Source: Octopus sinensis (taxonomy: Eukaryota). From it: a stretch of DNA of 64,000 bases. Within the stretch, counting starts at the first letter, position 1. Every line of letters starts with the position of its first letter. Below the pieces are notes generated by a model. It searched no databases and was not told the origin of the DNA. It saw only the letters and a list, made by a program, of their open reading frames with translations. The translations under genes and the position numbers were made by a program. The stretch covers positions 18,228,001 to 18,292,000 of the forward strand of contig NC_042999.1 of the NCBI RefSeq assembly GCF_006345805.1, in the 5' to 3' direction. Shown here piece by piece: positions 13,835 through 26,567 of this stretch.

Positions 13835-14229
13835 AATAATAGGGTTTAATTTTCTTAAGTTGTTATTTCTATTAAGATATTGTTGTTTCTTCTCTTTGTA
13901 TCTTAACTTTCGTATTCTCGATAATATATTCTCTATTACTTTTTTGTCTTCTGTTTTATAGCTCCTTATCGCTAGTACTTTTAACCGGAATATGCTTTGC
14001 AATATGTTTTCCTTCTAATTGACGTTCCGAGTTAAAATCCTGGCAACTTTATCGTGGTTTTATTCAAAATCCCGAGTTACCAAAATATAATAAGCGGAAA
14101 CGATTCATTTACTGCTCTCAAATATCGAAAACTTGGGCAGATAATGTAGCCCATATGAAAATAATATAATATTTACATGGTCTCTGCTCATAACAGCATA
14201 AAATATAAACGAAAATTAAATCTGTTATG

Positions 14230-15378
14230 AAGGAAAGCAAACACATTTCCTGTGAGTTTTTGCATGATATCCAGGTTAAAGAGCATGATAGAAGTTCCGC
14301 AAGTGTACTTGCAAAGATGTAATCAATAGCAGAGCACAGTGCGTTTGAACAATTAGCTAATATGTGGGAACAAGAACCTCTGCACGGCAAAGATGTGGTC
14401 CGTAGCAATCGTGCTGATGTAGACCAAAAGCACACCTATCAGTGGAAACTGAGGTTAGGGCTAAAGGCAGAGTGTTAAGGCTTTATCTTGGCTGCCAGAA
14501 ATACGAGCTTATTGACCGGAACTATCAAGCCAATGTGATGAACACCGGTGTATGTCCAAAGTGCTGATACCGCAATGACGGAATTGAAACACTGGCCCAT
14601 ATAATCTCTGGCTGTAAAGTTTTATCACCTGTATATTATAGATCAAGACACGACAGAGTTGACCAATATCTACATTGGACAATGTGTCTGTATTTTATGA
14701 TCAAAACTGCTGACAAATGGTAAAAGCACCACCCTGAGGCAGTAATTGAGGGATAAAATATAACGCTTGGGACTTTCCAGTATGTAAAGACCGGACCATC
14801 AAAGCAAATAAATTAGATATTGTTGTGAAAGAGCAAAACAATAAAATATGTTTACTATTTGACACGAGCAGACCTTGTGATCATAATATCTTGACAAAGG
14901 AATTTGTTAAGCTCAAGAAAATATAAAGATTTAGTAATCGAAATCGAAAATATGTGGCAGCTCAAGATGGTTAAAATACCAATGATTGTAGGAGCACATG
15001 GATCAAAACAGTAACTGAAAATTATTTAAGAATGTTCCCTGGCGTACCGTTCACGAAGGAATTGCAAATGATTGTCTTAACTGTTACGTGACACGTTCTG
15101 ATATGTGAATTGTCGTTGTGAATGTTCCTTCCTTTTTCCCCCTTTATTTTCTTTGTCTACTTTCTTATTTTTCTTCCCTTCTCTCTCTATTTTCTTCCCC
15201 TTTTCCTCTTTCATCTTATCACATGATTTTGCAAATGAACAATCTGGTGTGTTTATTTTAATGGCCTACTAATGTATACAGTATTTTCTCTGTCCTAGGT
15301 GTCAGGAAGACATACGGCAAGAAATGGAAACAGGATTGAAAGAAGATGATATTGAAAATAGTTGTAGTAATGATAATC

Positions 15379-15423
<45 letters not shown>
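14230..15423 (+). mobile_element. R4/Dong-type non-LTR retrotransposon 3' portion (zinc knuckle, restriction-like endonuclease, probable 3' UTR, (AAT)n tail)
   Basis: Translation from 14362: MWEQEPLHGK...DVDQKHTYQW...LKAEC*GFILAA..., CPKC*...IETLAHIISGCKVLSPVYYRSRHDRV..LHW, WDFPVCKDRTIKANKLDIVVK, KYKDLVIEIENMW...PMIVGA. This is the CCHC, RHD and PD..D RLE layout, with stops and frameshifts. Ends in (AAT)n at 15376-15423; extent of the UTR is inferred. Confidence 0.85.
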
Positions 15424-18114
15424 GTTTATTATATTTTCCACAATCTCTATCGATTATCTTCTGCGGGATCACATTTTTCTACTGTGTATGAAAGTTATTG
15501 ATTGGTGCTATGCTTCAGTATCACTGTTTAGTGTTACAGGAGGCAATTTGTACCCCTTCCTTAATATGTAAAACAGTTTAAGGCGGCGAGCGTAGCAGAA
15601 TCATTAGTGTGCCAGGTGCACTACTTAAAGGTAGGCGCAGATCGTGTTTACCTACCCAGAGCACAAGGAGGTTGATGCTTGATCCAATTTGACATTTGTT
15701 ACAAAACCACCACTTGTAAACTATCTTGGAATAACATTCCGTTCGTTTTTTAAATCGACTTAACGCTTTGTTCAAAATAACTGACCCGGTACCAAAATTT
15801 GAAACCATTATGTCAAGACTCAGAAGTGTACAATATAAGCTTGCACGTGTATTTGCGCTTCCTTTTTCTGTTTTTAGAGTTGTTCTACATATTAGTTTTG
15901 AGATAAAGGGTGTATGATGTTTAGTGCAACTAATATTATTCGTCGGATGATACTTATGCTGATTATATATTAAGTGCATAGATGTCAGTGTAGTAAGATA
16001 TTTTATTTTATAGATCAACGATTACAAAGTTTTTTTTTAATACTCTGAGACGTGTTTTAAATAATGTTTTGCGACTATATAGAAGATTGATGTGAATTCT
16101 GATATTTTATTATATGCCTCTACAGTATGAGCTGAGTGAATCTCAGTATTATTTTCATTTGTTAATATGTGAATGAATTTGTTATCATTGTACAGATAGT
16201 GCATCGTACATATTTTTCTCTTGAATATATAGTCGTATCAGATCTGAGGAAATTTCTCCTCATAGTTAGTTGAATTTGTTTACGTTCTAATTCAATGTTT
16301 CTTATCGTGATGTGCTTAAACGTATCGTAGAGAACTACAAGATATATAAATAATTACCACCCACATATTGGAAACAATGGAATTCATTTTGATCAGACTT
16401 CAATGAACGTCAACAATAATAGTAAGTATTTGGATATTATTATCTTCCATATGTTTCTTTAAATTTCTCTTTTCATCTTTCTCTCAAAAGCAGACATACT
16501 AAAGCACAATTTCAAAATAACAAAACAATATGAATGATAGAAATGTTATTTTACGTGATGAAAATTTTTCTGTTTTTTGTAAAGTTTTCTTTACACTATG
16601 GAAACGATTTTTGTAATATGGTTTAATTTATAGCTGAGGCAAAAGTTTCTAAAATATATATATATTTGGACGAGAATATTTAGTCAATGCTTTAATCTCT
16701 TTTTCAGAATTGTATGTGATGAGAGAAATTTATGAGGTCTACGTTTGTAATCTTAGTATCTTTATATAAATAATGGTGTATTTCAATCCATCAAAAATTT
16801 TCTTTCCTAACGCTAGTATAATTTGTGGAGACATATAATATATTTGCTTAAAGATAAAGCATTCATATTTGATTTTGAATATTATTATTTCTTTTGAAAG
16901 AAATATTCTGAAACATAGTTTTGCCTATTGCATATATACATATATATATATATTTATATAAATATATATTATTTTCTATTTTTGCTTTGTCCGTCTGTCT
17001 AGGAAAGAATAGTGTTACTTTCCTATTTAATCATCTGCTTCCAGCAGTATTCCTCATTGGAAACATTATGCAACAAATAGTGTTACAACAATTCCACACA
17101 CATTTATATCTCTTTCCTGCTTTATACTTACACTTCGTGAAAAGTAATATATTTATAAGTGCAGTAATGTACAATTTAATAATGGAAAGCAAAGAAACGG
17201 GCGTTGAATAAATGTTGGTAAATGGATATTTAGAATATTAGTGTTTGTGTTCTAAAGGGATACAATCAATTACTTTTATAGTAATGTAAATCATATAAGT
17301 TCTACCACAAAAAATTTATATTAGTTACGTAAGTAATATAAGTCCCCTAATTCACAAAGATTTGACAGTAGTATTATTTTGCATATTAAAATGGCCTTAC
17401 AAAATTAAAATAAGGACTTCTACTTCACGACTGAAACCTTGAAAAGGTCGAAAGATTCTAGCAAAAACCACTTCAATGCAATTATTATAAATTGCTACCG
17501 GTTTCATTCCAGCTATTCATTCTTTTGTCCAAGGAATATCATACTAAAGTTATCACAAATCATATTTTCTTTAAACTGATGACAAACGCACATTTTCAAT
17601 TTGCAAATATAATTATGAATGTAACTATAAGTATAATTACTAATTTAATCATTATAGGCAAGATAAATGCTTATTGCGTATAAGGTATCGAAAACACCTA
17701 ATATAAAACAACATTTGACTTAAGTAAGCTTTGCAATAAATCAAACTCCGATTCAATATTACTAAAATTTATTGCACTGCAGCATGTGTAAAATATTTAT
17801 AGACAATTGACTCCCCTGTCTGCAGTAAGTCCAAATCAGTCATACCCAGTATATCACTAAAACTAAACGTAGTAGCTGTGATAATAGAACATTAAACCCT
17901 AAATAAGATTATTGTTACTTTCTTTTGTCGTGATATCTTTTCTCTTGACTTCCTACGTTCGTCATGAGAACCTTTAGTATTCTTGTTGATGTTAGTGGTG
18001 GTTGTCGTAGCAGTAGAAATAGTACATGTAAGTACAATATTCCCGGTTTTATATGAACAGTCAGACTTTTTCTGAAAAACAACAAATGCTTATTCAGTGC
18101 GAAGAATTGCACCA

Positions 18115-19020
18115 AAATTAAAGGCACGGCAAAGGGAACAAGTTTTGCTCCCGTTTAGGCGAAAACTGTAAGGGATACTTAGAACAAAAACTCTGCAAAG
18201 AGGTAGAGGAAAGCCATAGCCTTAGAGTCTGGACAAAATCTCTAGCAAAAAGACTCTGTACCATACTTTCAGACACTAATAATAGTGATCGAATAATCTT
18301 TGAACTCTGATCAATACTAATCAAGAGATATTGCCTAAAATCATTAGTAAATGATGGGATTAAATGCGCAAAGGAAATACACTTACAAGCATTAAGGGAA
18401 CTCAACCGAAATACTACACCGGGGTTTTAAAAAATACTCCCGTACATCTCCACACATAACATTAGAAACAATGACGCCTTCAACATTATCATCCAAAATC
18501 TACCCATTCTCACAGGAGATAAAACAATGAACAAAAGTTTAGGCTCACACAATATTATCAAGAGCAAAATGCAACCGAAATCATAAAAAATGTTAACCAA
18601 TGCAAGACTATATCCATTACCAACAGAACCAAAAGTGAAAAAGGGCGGTCGGCCTAATTGTTGCACATGTCCCACATTTTGGAGGCTACTTTAAAGAAGG
18701 TGAAATATTTAAGATTTCACCGGTGCCTCGGAAAACCTATTCTATGCCATTACATACCAAGGGTGCGGTAATCAATATATTGGCCAGACAGGAATATCAC
18801 TCCACTGAAGAACCACGCTTCACAAAGAACAAATCCGCCACACACGACACAGAGAGATCCAGGACACTGAACATAGAACGGTGTGCTAGGAAACTTAATC
18901 TTAACTTCCTATTTTTCCCCTTCTATTAATATTCACGGAACATCTCAGTACAGCAAAGAATGAATAAAGAGGCAACTTTCATCAATAAATATAATCCGCA
19001 ACTTGACACGATCACGTAAC
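18115..19020 (+). mobile_element. Penelope-like element relic (RT fragment, linker, GIY-YIG endonuclease)
   Basis: GTAKGTSFAPV* (RT motif like GxxMGxxxAP), KILPYISTHN...NLPIL, KVKKGGRPNCCTCP, and ENLFYAITYQGCGNQYIGQTGISLH*RTTLHKEQI...RMNKEATFINKYNPQL (GIY-YIG signature). The RT core between these blocks is deleted. Confidence 0.85.
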
Positions 19021-19571
19021 ATGAAACTAAATACTACTAACGTTAAATTATCAACAATACGACTAACACCCATACATCCATTAGACCATTCATATTACAG
19101 TATTTTGTCTATCATAATTGCAGCACGTCCAGAATTGCTTACCCCCTTACAAATAATCTTTTCACTCAGGGACTACTAGACACGACACTGTTTGGAAATC
19201 GGTGCTCATTGAAAGACAATGAAAAGCATTTGCCGACAGCGGTATGACTTTTAAAATCTCTAACAATTCAAAATTACTATTATTCCTCTTCATTCTACCT
19301 CAGTTCATTTAATTGTATATATTTATCGATACTTTTCATAAAAAAGCCGTTAACTTTTTTATCCAGTGTGCATTTTTCCCTTTTCTTTTCTTCTTACTTT
19401 CACACATATCTTTTTCACGGGTAGTTTCTATTTTCTTTTTGAAACATATTTCTATTGTACACACACACATATATATATGTGTGTGTGTATACATCTACAT
19501 GTATACATACATATATGTATATATATGTAGGTGCATTTTTATGTATATATATACAAAAATATGTATGTGTA

Positions 19572-19653
<82 letters not shown>

Positions 19654-19899
19654 CTGTGTATGTGTAAATGGAGTTACACGCAGGCATTATTTAAATTCTT
19701 TTATTTCCGACACATGTTTCGAAGACATCACTAGTATTATTCCAGTGATATTGTCTCTACAGGTAAATGAAGAAATGAAGCTCGTCAATAGGACATTATA
19801 CATACATATATATATACATACACACACGCACAAACACACACACATATACATACACACACGCGCGCACACAGACACACACACACATATGTATTTATATAC

Positions 19900-20070
19900 T
19901 GCTAACTCCACAAGTCTTTTTTGTATTCTCACTCATTTTATTTCCGCTTGTTCCTCTCTGTTGAAGAGAGTAGGCTCGAAACACAACAGGCTTTTCCACC
20001 TCGACGTGCGTCAAACTAATACACCTGCATGTTGTTTATACATCTGTCTTCGTATTTTGTGTTTCTGTAA
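19900..20070 (+). mobile_element. Copy of the pseudo-LTR-like repeat with a variant hammerhead remnant at 19958-19982
   Basis: CTGTTGA-A-GAGA gtag GCTC-GAAAC; homologous to 3583-3750 and 38940-39112; no cleavage triplet follows in this copy. Confidence 0.6.
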
Positions 20071-20128
20071 ATTCAACTACACACACAAACACACACACAC
20101 ACATACACATATATATGCGTATATATAT

Positions 20129-20186
<58 letters not shown>

Positions 20187-20271
20187 ATATATATATAAGT
20201 ATATGAGGGAATATAAATCCAAACTTCCAGGAAAAAATTCAATCTAGAAATACTAAATCAAATTTCGCACA

Positions 20272-20309
<38 letters not shown>

Positions 20310-20463
20310 GAAGAAAACACCATTTATCAATTCAAAATGAACAATTAAATTACGCCATCTAGAAAATTACATATAATAGAAATATTAAAATTGAAATAAC
20401 AATAAAATATCAATGATTAAGCAAATTGCAAAAAAATATTTAAAAAGTATATAATTGGCAGAA

Positions 20464-20549
20464 TAACGACACGTGTTTCGTGGCTATTAAGAAATGATTA
20501 TAGTAGTTGTAAAATCACTTCGAAATAAATATAACCACTCCTCAGGTTA
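20464..20549 (-). ncRNA. Type I hammerhead ribozyme with canonical core
   Basis: Minus strand taac-CTGAGGA-gtggttat...gaagtgatt(13-nt loop)aatcatttc...atagccac-GAAAC-acgt-GTC-gtta. All core nucleotides present; stem I 4 bp, stem II 8+9 bp, palindromic stem III ACACGTGT, GUC triplet. Confidence 0.75.
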
Positions 20550-20705
20550 AAAATAAACTAGAATAATAAAATAATTAATTAATAAATATAATTTGATATA
20601 TATATATAAAATACCAAATGTACATTAAGTGAAAACTAAAACAATACTTAAATTATTAAATACTTCAAAAGTAAGTAAAATATACAATAATAGTACAATG
20701 CTAGT

Positions 20706-20785
20706 ATTGCACCACGAAGTGGGACTGAACCGGGAGCGATGTGGTGGGGACGCAAGATTCTTGCAACACAGCCACTCGTTCCTCT
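20706..20785 (-). mobile_element. SINE family B head fragment
   Basis: gcaccacgaagtgggactgaaccggg...caacacagccactc matches the head of 62030-62445. Confidence 0.65.
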
Positions 20786-20804
20786 AAGATATATATATAT
20801 ATAT

Positions 20805-20835
<31 letters not shown>

Positions 20836-20836
20836 G

Positions 20837-20905
<69 letters not shown>

Positions 20906-21351
20906 CGAATAAATACGAATAAATGTATACCTTCATGTACATTAATTATTTCAATTAAATATAGAATCGATTATAGATTAGACACAACGATACGGAGTGA
21001 AACTTGCATTCTGTGTAACCCTTACTTGCATATAATTGATAATTAATGAGAGGTTATGTGTCCTACACAATATGGACATGCCTAAATCCTTCTAATTAAT
21101 AATTAATTAGCCGGTGCATGACTTACATTTATCGGGCAACCTACTTGTTATTAATTGATTGTCGTTGCTTCCATATTTCTAAATTTGAACGGTATGTTTA
21201 ACACAGTTCCTAGCAATTGATGACGGATTTCTGAAGAAATAAGCTATAGTTGCATATCACATTTGTCCACGGGCAAGACATATATGAACTGTCTGATTGG
21301 CCGTATATAAAATGTACAGATGATATCTTCATACAATGCATCTTATATATA

Positions 21352-21415
<64 letters not shown>

Positions 21416-23284
21416 GAGAGAAAAAAAGAGAGATAGATAGATAGATAGACAGTCATACAGACAGACATATATACATACATGCATACATACTATATGCATA
21501 CAGGTAGATAGATAGATGGATATTTTATTATAGGTTTTGTTAACCACAAGATATGGTTTCATCCTAGGAAGGTACCTGTTCAATACCCAGTATTTTAGGG
21601 GTATTAATTTACTTATAATAATAGGAATATATATAAAAACATATACTTTACCTTGTTATATAAAATACCCTATGCGTGTGTGGGGGGGAGCAGAATACAC
21701 GCTCAAACAGCTGGATAAATTTGTACCATACTTGGTGTACATGAATAATATGACATTGGAAGGAATATTACGGTCTTGGTTTATTATATTTTTTTGTTAA
21801 AAATAAATAATATTGCTCTATATATATATATACAAATATTCATTTCTTCAAATCGTTCTCTCAACTTCCTGTGTTTGGACGTCCTGTCTTTGACATCCTA
21901 ACCAGCTACTTACATTCACACGTCCTAACCAGCTATGTAAATCATTGCACTTGTGACAGTTTCTGATCAAAAAGGAACTTGTAAATGTACTTTCATATCA
22001 GAAAAAAATTCATACGGAGATAGATACCTTTTTCTCAATCAATTAAACGGGGTACTGTATATTGTGCATTGATTTTCCAATTCATATTTCGGGCATTTTT
22101 GGAACAAGTCACCTTTTGACTTGGTATTTCACATTTAAATCCCATGAGATTATTCTTGGTGCAAATCGACTAATTAACACTCTCAATTAACTGTTTTGTC
22201 GATGTCAGAATACTAAGTATGTAACACGCACACTCATGTATATATCATTACAGTTGAGACAATTTCAGATAAAAGGGTATTTCTAAAGTTTCTTTTATTT
22301 CTTTATTTTCTTCTCCGGTTTTCTATTTGCGTAAGAAATATATGTGAGTGTGTGTGTGAAAGAGAGAGGGGGAGAGAAAGTTGAAGAGAGAGGGAGAGAG
22401 AGAGAGGAAAAAATCCTTCGGAGATTTCATTTAATTGATCAATTGTCAACAGAGTATCACTACTGGCGTTGGATTATCATAACTTTCCGAAAAATTGATA
22501 TTACTTAATAACATTTGCTACGAAGATGGGTAGGTAAACGCTTCCAATAGAAAGGCAGAAAACACCAGAAGCAAAAGTAAGGAATATACACGCACAGATA
22601 AATATAGAATTGTAAAGTATAGTTTGTTATATAATCTCTATAATAAACATGTTATTGAATGGAATAATTGCCCGTTTTAACTTTTTACGTTATATGTGTA
22701 TGCATGTGTGTGTGTATGTGTGTGTGTGTGTGTGTGTGAGTTTGGGTGGAGACTGAGAATAAGTCTGCACACCCCTTTGTGTTATTTTTTTTCTGCGGAT
22801 TCCGACCTTGTCTCCAACCGAGATTTTGAATATGCCAAAAAATCTACTTTTAGACATTTTAATACAACATTTACTTAAATTTCCAATGTTTTTCCCGAAA
22901 TTTTACGATTAGGGTTAAGGGTTATATACGGATGCACAAACGCACAAAACGGAGAAACCGAAACAAACATGCACGACTAGTCCGAAACACCCCCAGTGAG
23001 GAGCATTTCCCAAAAATAACCCCCAATGATTTTCCCCCGAAATTATATATGCTTCGAATCTACATAGTCCGATATATATTTGTAGGCAATTTCATTTAAT
23101 CATATCCATTTTTCTAAAAGTTAAGACGAATTGAAGTGGAATCCGGTGAATTTCTCGAAAATCTTCCCGAAAATCTTCTAAAATATTTTTCCCTCAAAAG
23201 TCTAAATCTACATGATATAACATATTCGTAGAAAATCTCATGAAAAATATTCATTTTACTGAAAATTATCATCATCCATAGATG

Positions 23285-23940
23285 GGTGGAGCGCAGAAAG
23301 CATGTGGTGAGGTGGTACCAACTGTCAATGATCTCATAATTCATGTGCACCCAAATATTGCACAAAACTTAAGCAACTGCCAATGGCTCTCTGAGCAAGC
23401 CATCTTAGATCCTCGCACAGATGCTGTCAACAAAATCAACTGGAATCTCTTACAGCTGTTGCCCGGACAAGAACAGTCGTTCAAATTCCTGGTCACTCTC
23501 ATTGATCAGGACCAGACTGTAGTTTCTCCAACTGAGTTACTGAATTCTCTACAGATATCTGGGATGCTTTCTCACCACATAATAGGAATGAGTATCAACC
23601 TCGCCTGTGCAATAGCACAAGACTGGTGGCGAAAGCAATGGGACCTCATGTCCTAGAGTAAAAAATTATGACTGGAACTATAAGGGTGAGGATGTCTACA
23701 TTTCACGAATCCCGTTAATCCCATATGATCTCCCCTTTGAATTTGAACGGTTCCACTTCTAAGTGAAACTAATTTTCGTAATGTCAATAAACAAGTCTCA
23801 ATGACAGTCTTTCTAGGTTATAGGACTTCACCTTGAATCACTCATAGGTAATTATATGTAGGATGGTCGCGAGTTGGAAGTCCCCAAAATATTTTTATTT
23901 ATAAACCAATTAAAGGACGCACTCAAAACATCGTATACAT
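23285..23940 (+). mobile_element. Helitron RepHel PIF1-like helicase C-terminal fragment (pseudogenised)
   Basis: WLSEQAILDPRTDAVNKINWNLLQLLPG...PTELLNSLQISG, then across frameshifts PRLCNSTRLVAK, GEDVYISRIPLIPYDLPFEFERF, MSINKSQ*QS, and ...SRVGSP...TQNIVY. These are the characteristic Helitron helicase C-terminal motifs. No terminal hairpin/CTRR end recognised. Confidence 0.9.
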
Positions 23941-23964
23941 ACATACATAAATACAAACATACAT

Positions 23965-24030
<66 letters not shown>

Positions 24031-24181
24031 TTTATATGTTTCATCGGATGAATTTATGTTCGTCCTTTGACTGGAAATGTTTCTAAGATTTCTAAAGTCT
24101 TGTGTTCATAATGTGCTTCCTATTTTTTATGAAATAAAAAATTCTTATACTTATGAAAGCTTGTATTGGAATAATTACTTC

Positions 24182-24305
24182 CGCTTGACAACCGATGTTG
24201 GCGTGTCTACGTTCCTATAAAATAGCCGTTCGGCAAAATAGACCGATAGAATACGTACTAGGCATACAAAGAATAAGTCCAGAGATAGATTTGTTCGACT
24301 TCAGT
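24182..24305 (+). mobile_element. SINE family B 3' fragment
   Basis: cgcttgacaaccgatgttggcgtg...gttcggcaaaatagaccgatagaata...aaagaataagtcc. Confidence 0.7.
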
Positions 24306-24730
24306 CCAATGATTGAATCAAATAAAAAAATAAAAGAATAAAAGATAACTTTTTTATTTTCCATATTGCTATACTTAGCGTAGAGTGAAATAAACGTGAC
24401 TGGAAGAACGAATATACAAATTCCATAAAATGACATCTAGGAAAATGACCTGTGCAATTTACATGTGTTTTTTTTTTGTGGGTGGGAGGTTGTTTTACTA
24501 TTAACTACTAAGTGGTACAATTATGACTATTATGATGTTCTATTTATGAATATCTTGGTTCATTTGTATGAAACAGTTGTAGAGTAATATGAAAAGTAAA
24601 AACCATAATCAACTTTAACTTCCAATCTTCTTTATTACATAAATATGAATGAATTTGTTGAACTTTTTTAATAAGTATTGTCATATACTATATATGAATA
24701 AGTGCATGCAATCATACATACACATGTGTT

Positions 24731-24796
<66 letters not shown>

Positions 24797-24943
24797 TATA
24801 TATATGTATATATAAGTAGGTGAATGAATTATCCTATGTTTATCGTCAGCATGGAAAATTCGTTTAACCGAATGTGTCGAGAGTAAAGGAATGTTGTTAA
24901 CAACTTCGTTCGACTCCATTCTTTCATATATTCATATATATAT

Positions 24944-25933
24944 ATATAACAATTTAATAAATAAAACATATGCATACATACATAAATATATGTACATACC
25001 TACCTATATATGTATATATACATGCATATATGAGTACAGGACACCACAAATAAACGTAGAACACAACGAGAAACGAAAACGTAAAACTAAACAAGGAAAC
25101 GGACTTTTTTTTAACAACCAGAAAACAGTGTACAAGACAAAAACACAAGGAACATTCCCCTTCTTCAGCTGCCCCTGTTTCGACTTAATGTGTGTTTCGA
25201 AGGTAAGGGCAGAACAAGGCCACACCGAAGGAGTCCTTCCCTCAAAATGAATGAATTAATTTTTTTTTTTTGCGGAGAGGTAAAAAAGTGACAAGAACAG
25301 GACGTAAAAGCAATACAAATGAAGAAAAAAACAGTACAAATAAAGATAAAAGCATTAAAAGACAGGACAAGGGAAAAACAATAAGAGCTTTTTTAAGCCT
25401 AGACGGTGGAAAAATTCGTTAGAACGGATTCTGAAGATCGGCTGCGGAAGACAGAAGAAAGCCGATGCTGACTTGTTGAAAGCAGTGGGCAGAAAGAAAG
25501 TTAGTAGCCCTCCAGTCAGCGACGGGAGAGCGGAGGAGAAGTGAGAGGGAGAGAAGGGGGAGGAGGAGGAGGAGAAGAAACCAGAAAAGGTGAAAAATAA
25601 GAAGGAGAGAGACAGGTACAGAGGAAGACGGACAGGCAGGGAGGAAAGGTCAAGTAAAGAGTTAAGAGTGCGCGTCATAATTATTGAAATAAAACTTACT
25701 TGGAAGAAGAAGAAAACGACGCGTGCGTTCAATCATATAACAATTTAATAAATAAAACATATGCATACATACATATATGTACATACCTACATCTATATGT
25801 ATGTGTACATGCATATATGAGTACAGGACACCACAAATAAACGTAGAACACAACGAGAAACGAAAACATGAAACAAAACAAGGAAACGACCTTTTTTTAA
25901 CAACGAGAAAGCAGAATACAAGACAAACAACAC
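24944..25933. repeat. ~1-kb unit bounded by ~200-bp direct repeats (24944-25146 and 25735-25933)
   Basis: 60 bp are identical (25021-25080 = 25808-25867) and similarity extends on both sides; purine-rich interior. Confidence 0.85.
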
Positions 25934-25949
25934 TTCCAAGTAATTTTTT

Positions 25950-26029
<80 letters not shown>

Positions 26030-26031
26030 AT

Positions 26032-26342
26032 GGGAGGGCCGCTTCGGTCATGAATGACCATGTGATTGCAATAGGAAAGTTATCCTCCAGAATACAAGTC
26101 CGGGAAAGTTTGTTTATGGAAGACCTGCAGTCACCTATGCATACCAGCCTCCCCTTTCAGCACCACTGATGTTTTTCAAAGGAAAGGCAAAGGCTGATAG
26201 AGATTGACACCAGTGATGTCGCAACTCATTTCTACAGCTGAGTGAACTGGAACAACGTGAAATTAAAGTGTCTTGCTCAATAAAACTACACGCATCCCGG
26301 TCCGGAATCGAACACACAAACACTGATCCATGCGCCTTCACA
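26032..26342 (-). mobile_element. SINE family D (tRNA-like head with internal deletion)
   Basis: Minus strand gtgaaggcgcatggatcagtg...gttcgattccggaccggg (A and B boxes, anticodon arm missing), then ttgagcaagacactttaatttcacgttgttccagttcactcagctgtagaaatgagt, resembling conserved central SINE domains. Confidence 0.65.
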
Positions 26343-26365
26343 CACGCACACATATATATAAACAT

Positions 26366-26422
<57 letters not shown>

Positions 26423-26517
26423 AATTAGTAAATAAATGGCACAACTAAGTACCGATATTTACTGGAAATAGCGAACGGGCTACTTTTTACTGGAAGGCAA
26501 TACTTTGTATTGCATTA

Positions 26518-26567
<50 letters not shown>

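Noticed and set aside
15265-15480. Branch point tactaat, polypyrimidine tract and tag acceptor followed by an open poly-Asn frame
   Set aside because: Lies between the R4 endonuclease and its (AAT)n tail, so it is better explained as retroelement 3' UTR; no convincing donor.
22905-22925. TTAGGG-like telomeric motif
   Set aside because: Only one perfect unit; not an interstitial telomere array.
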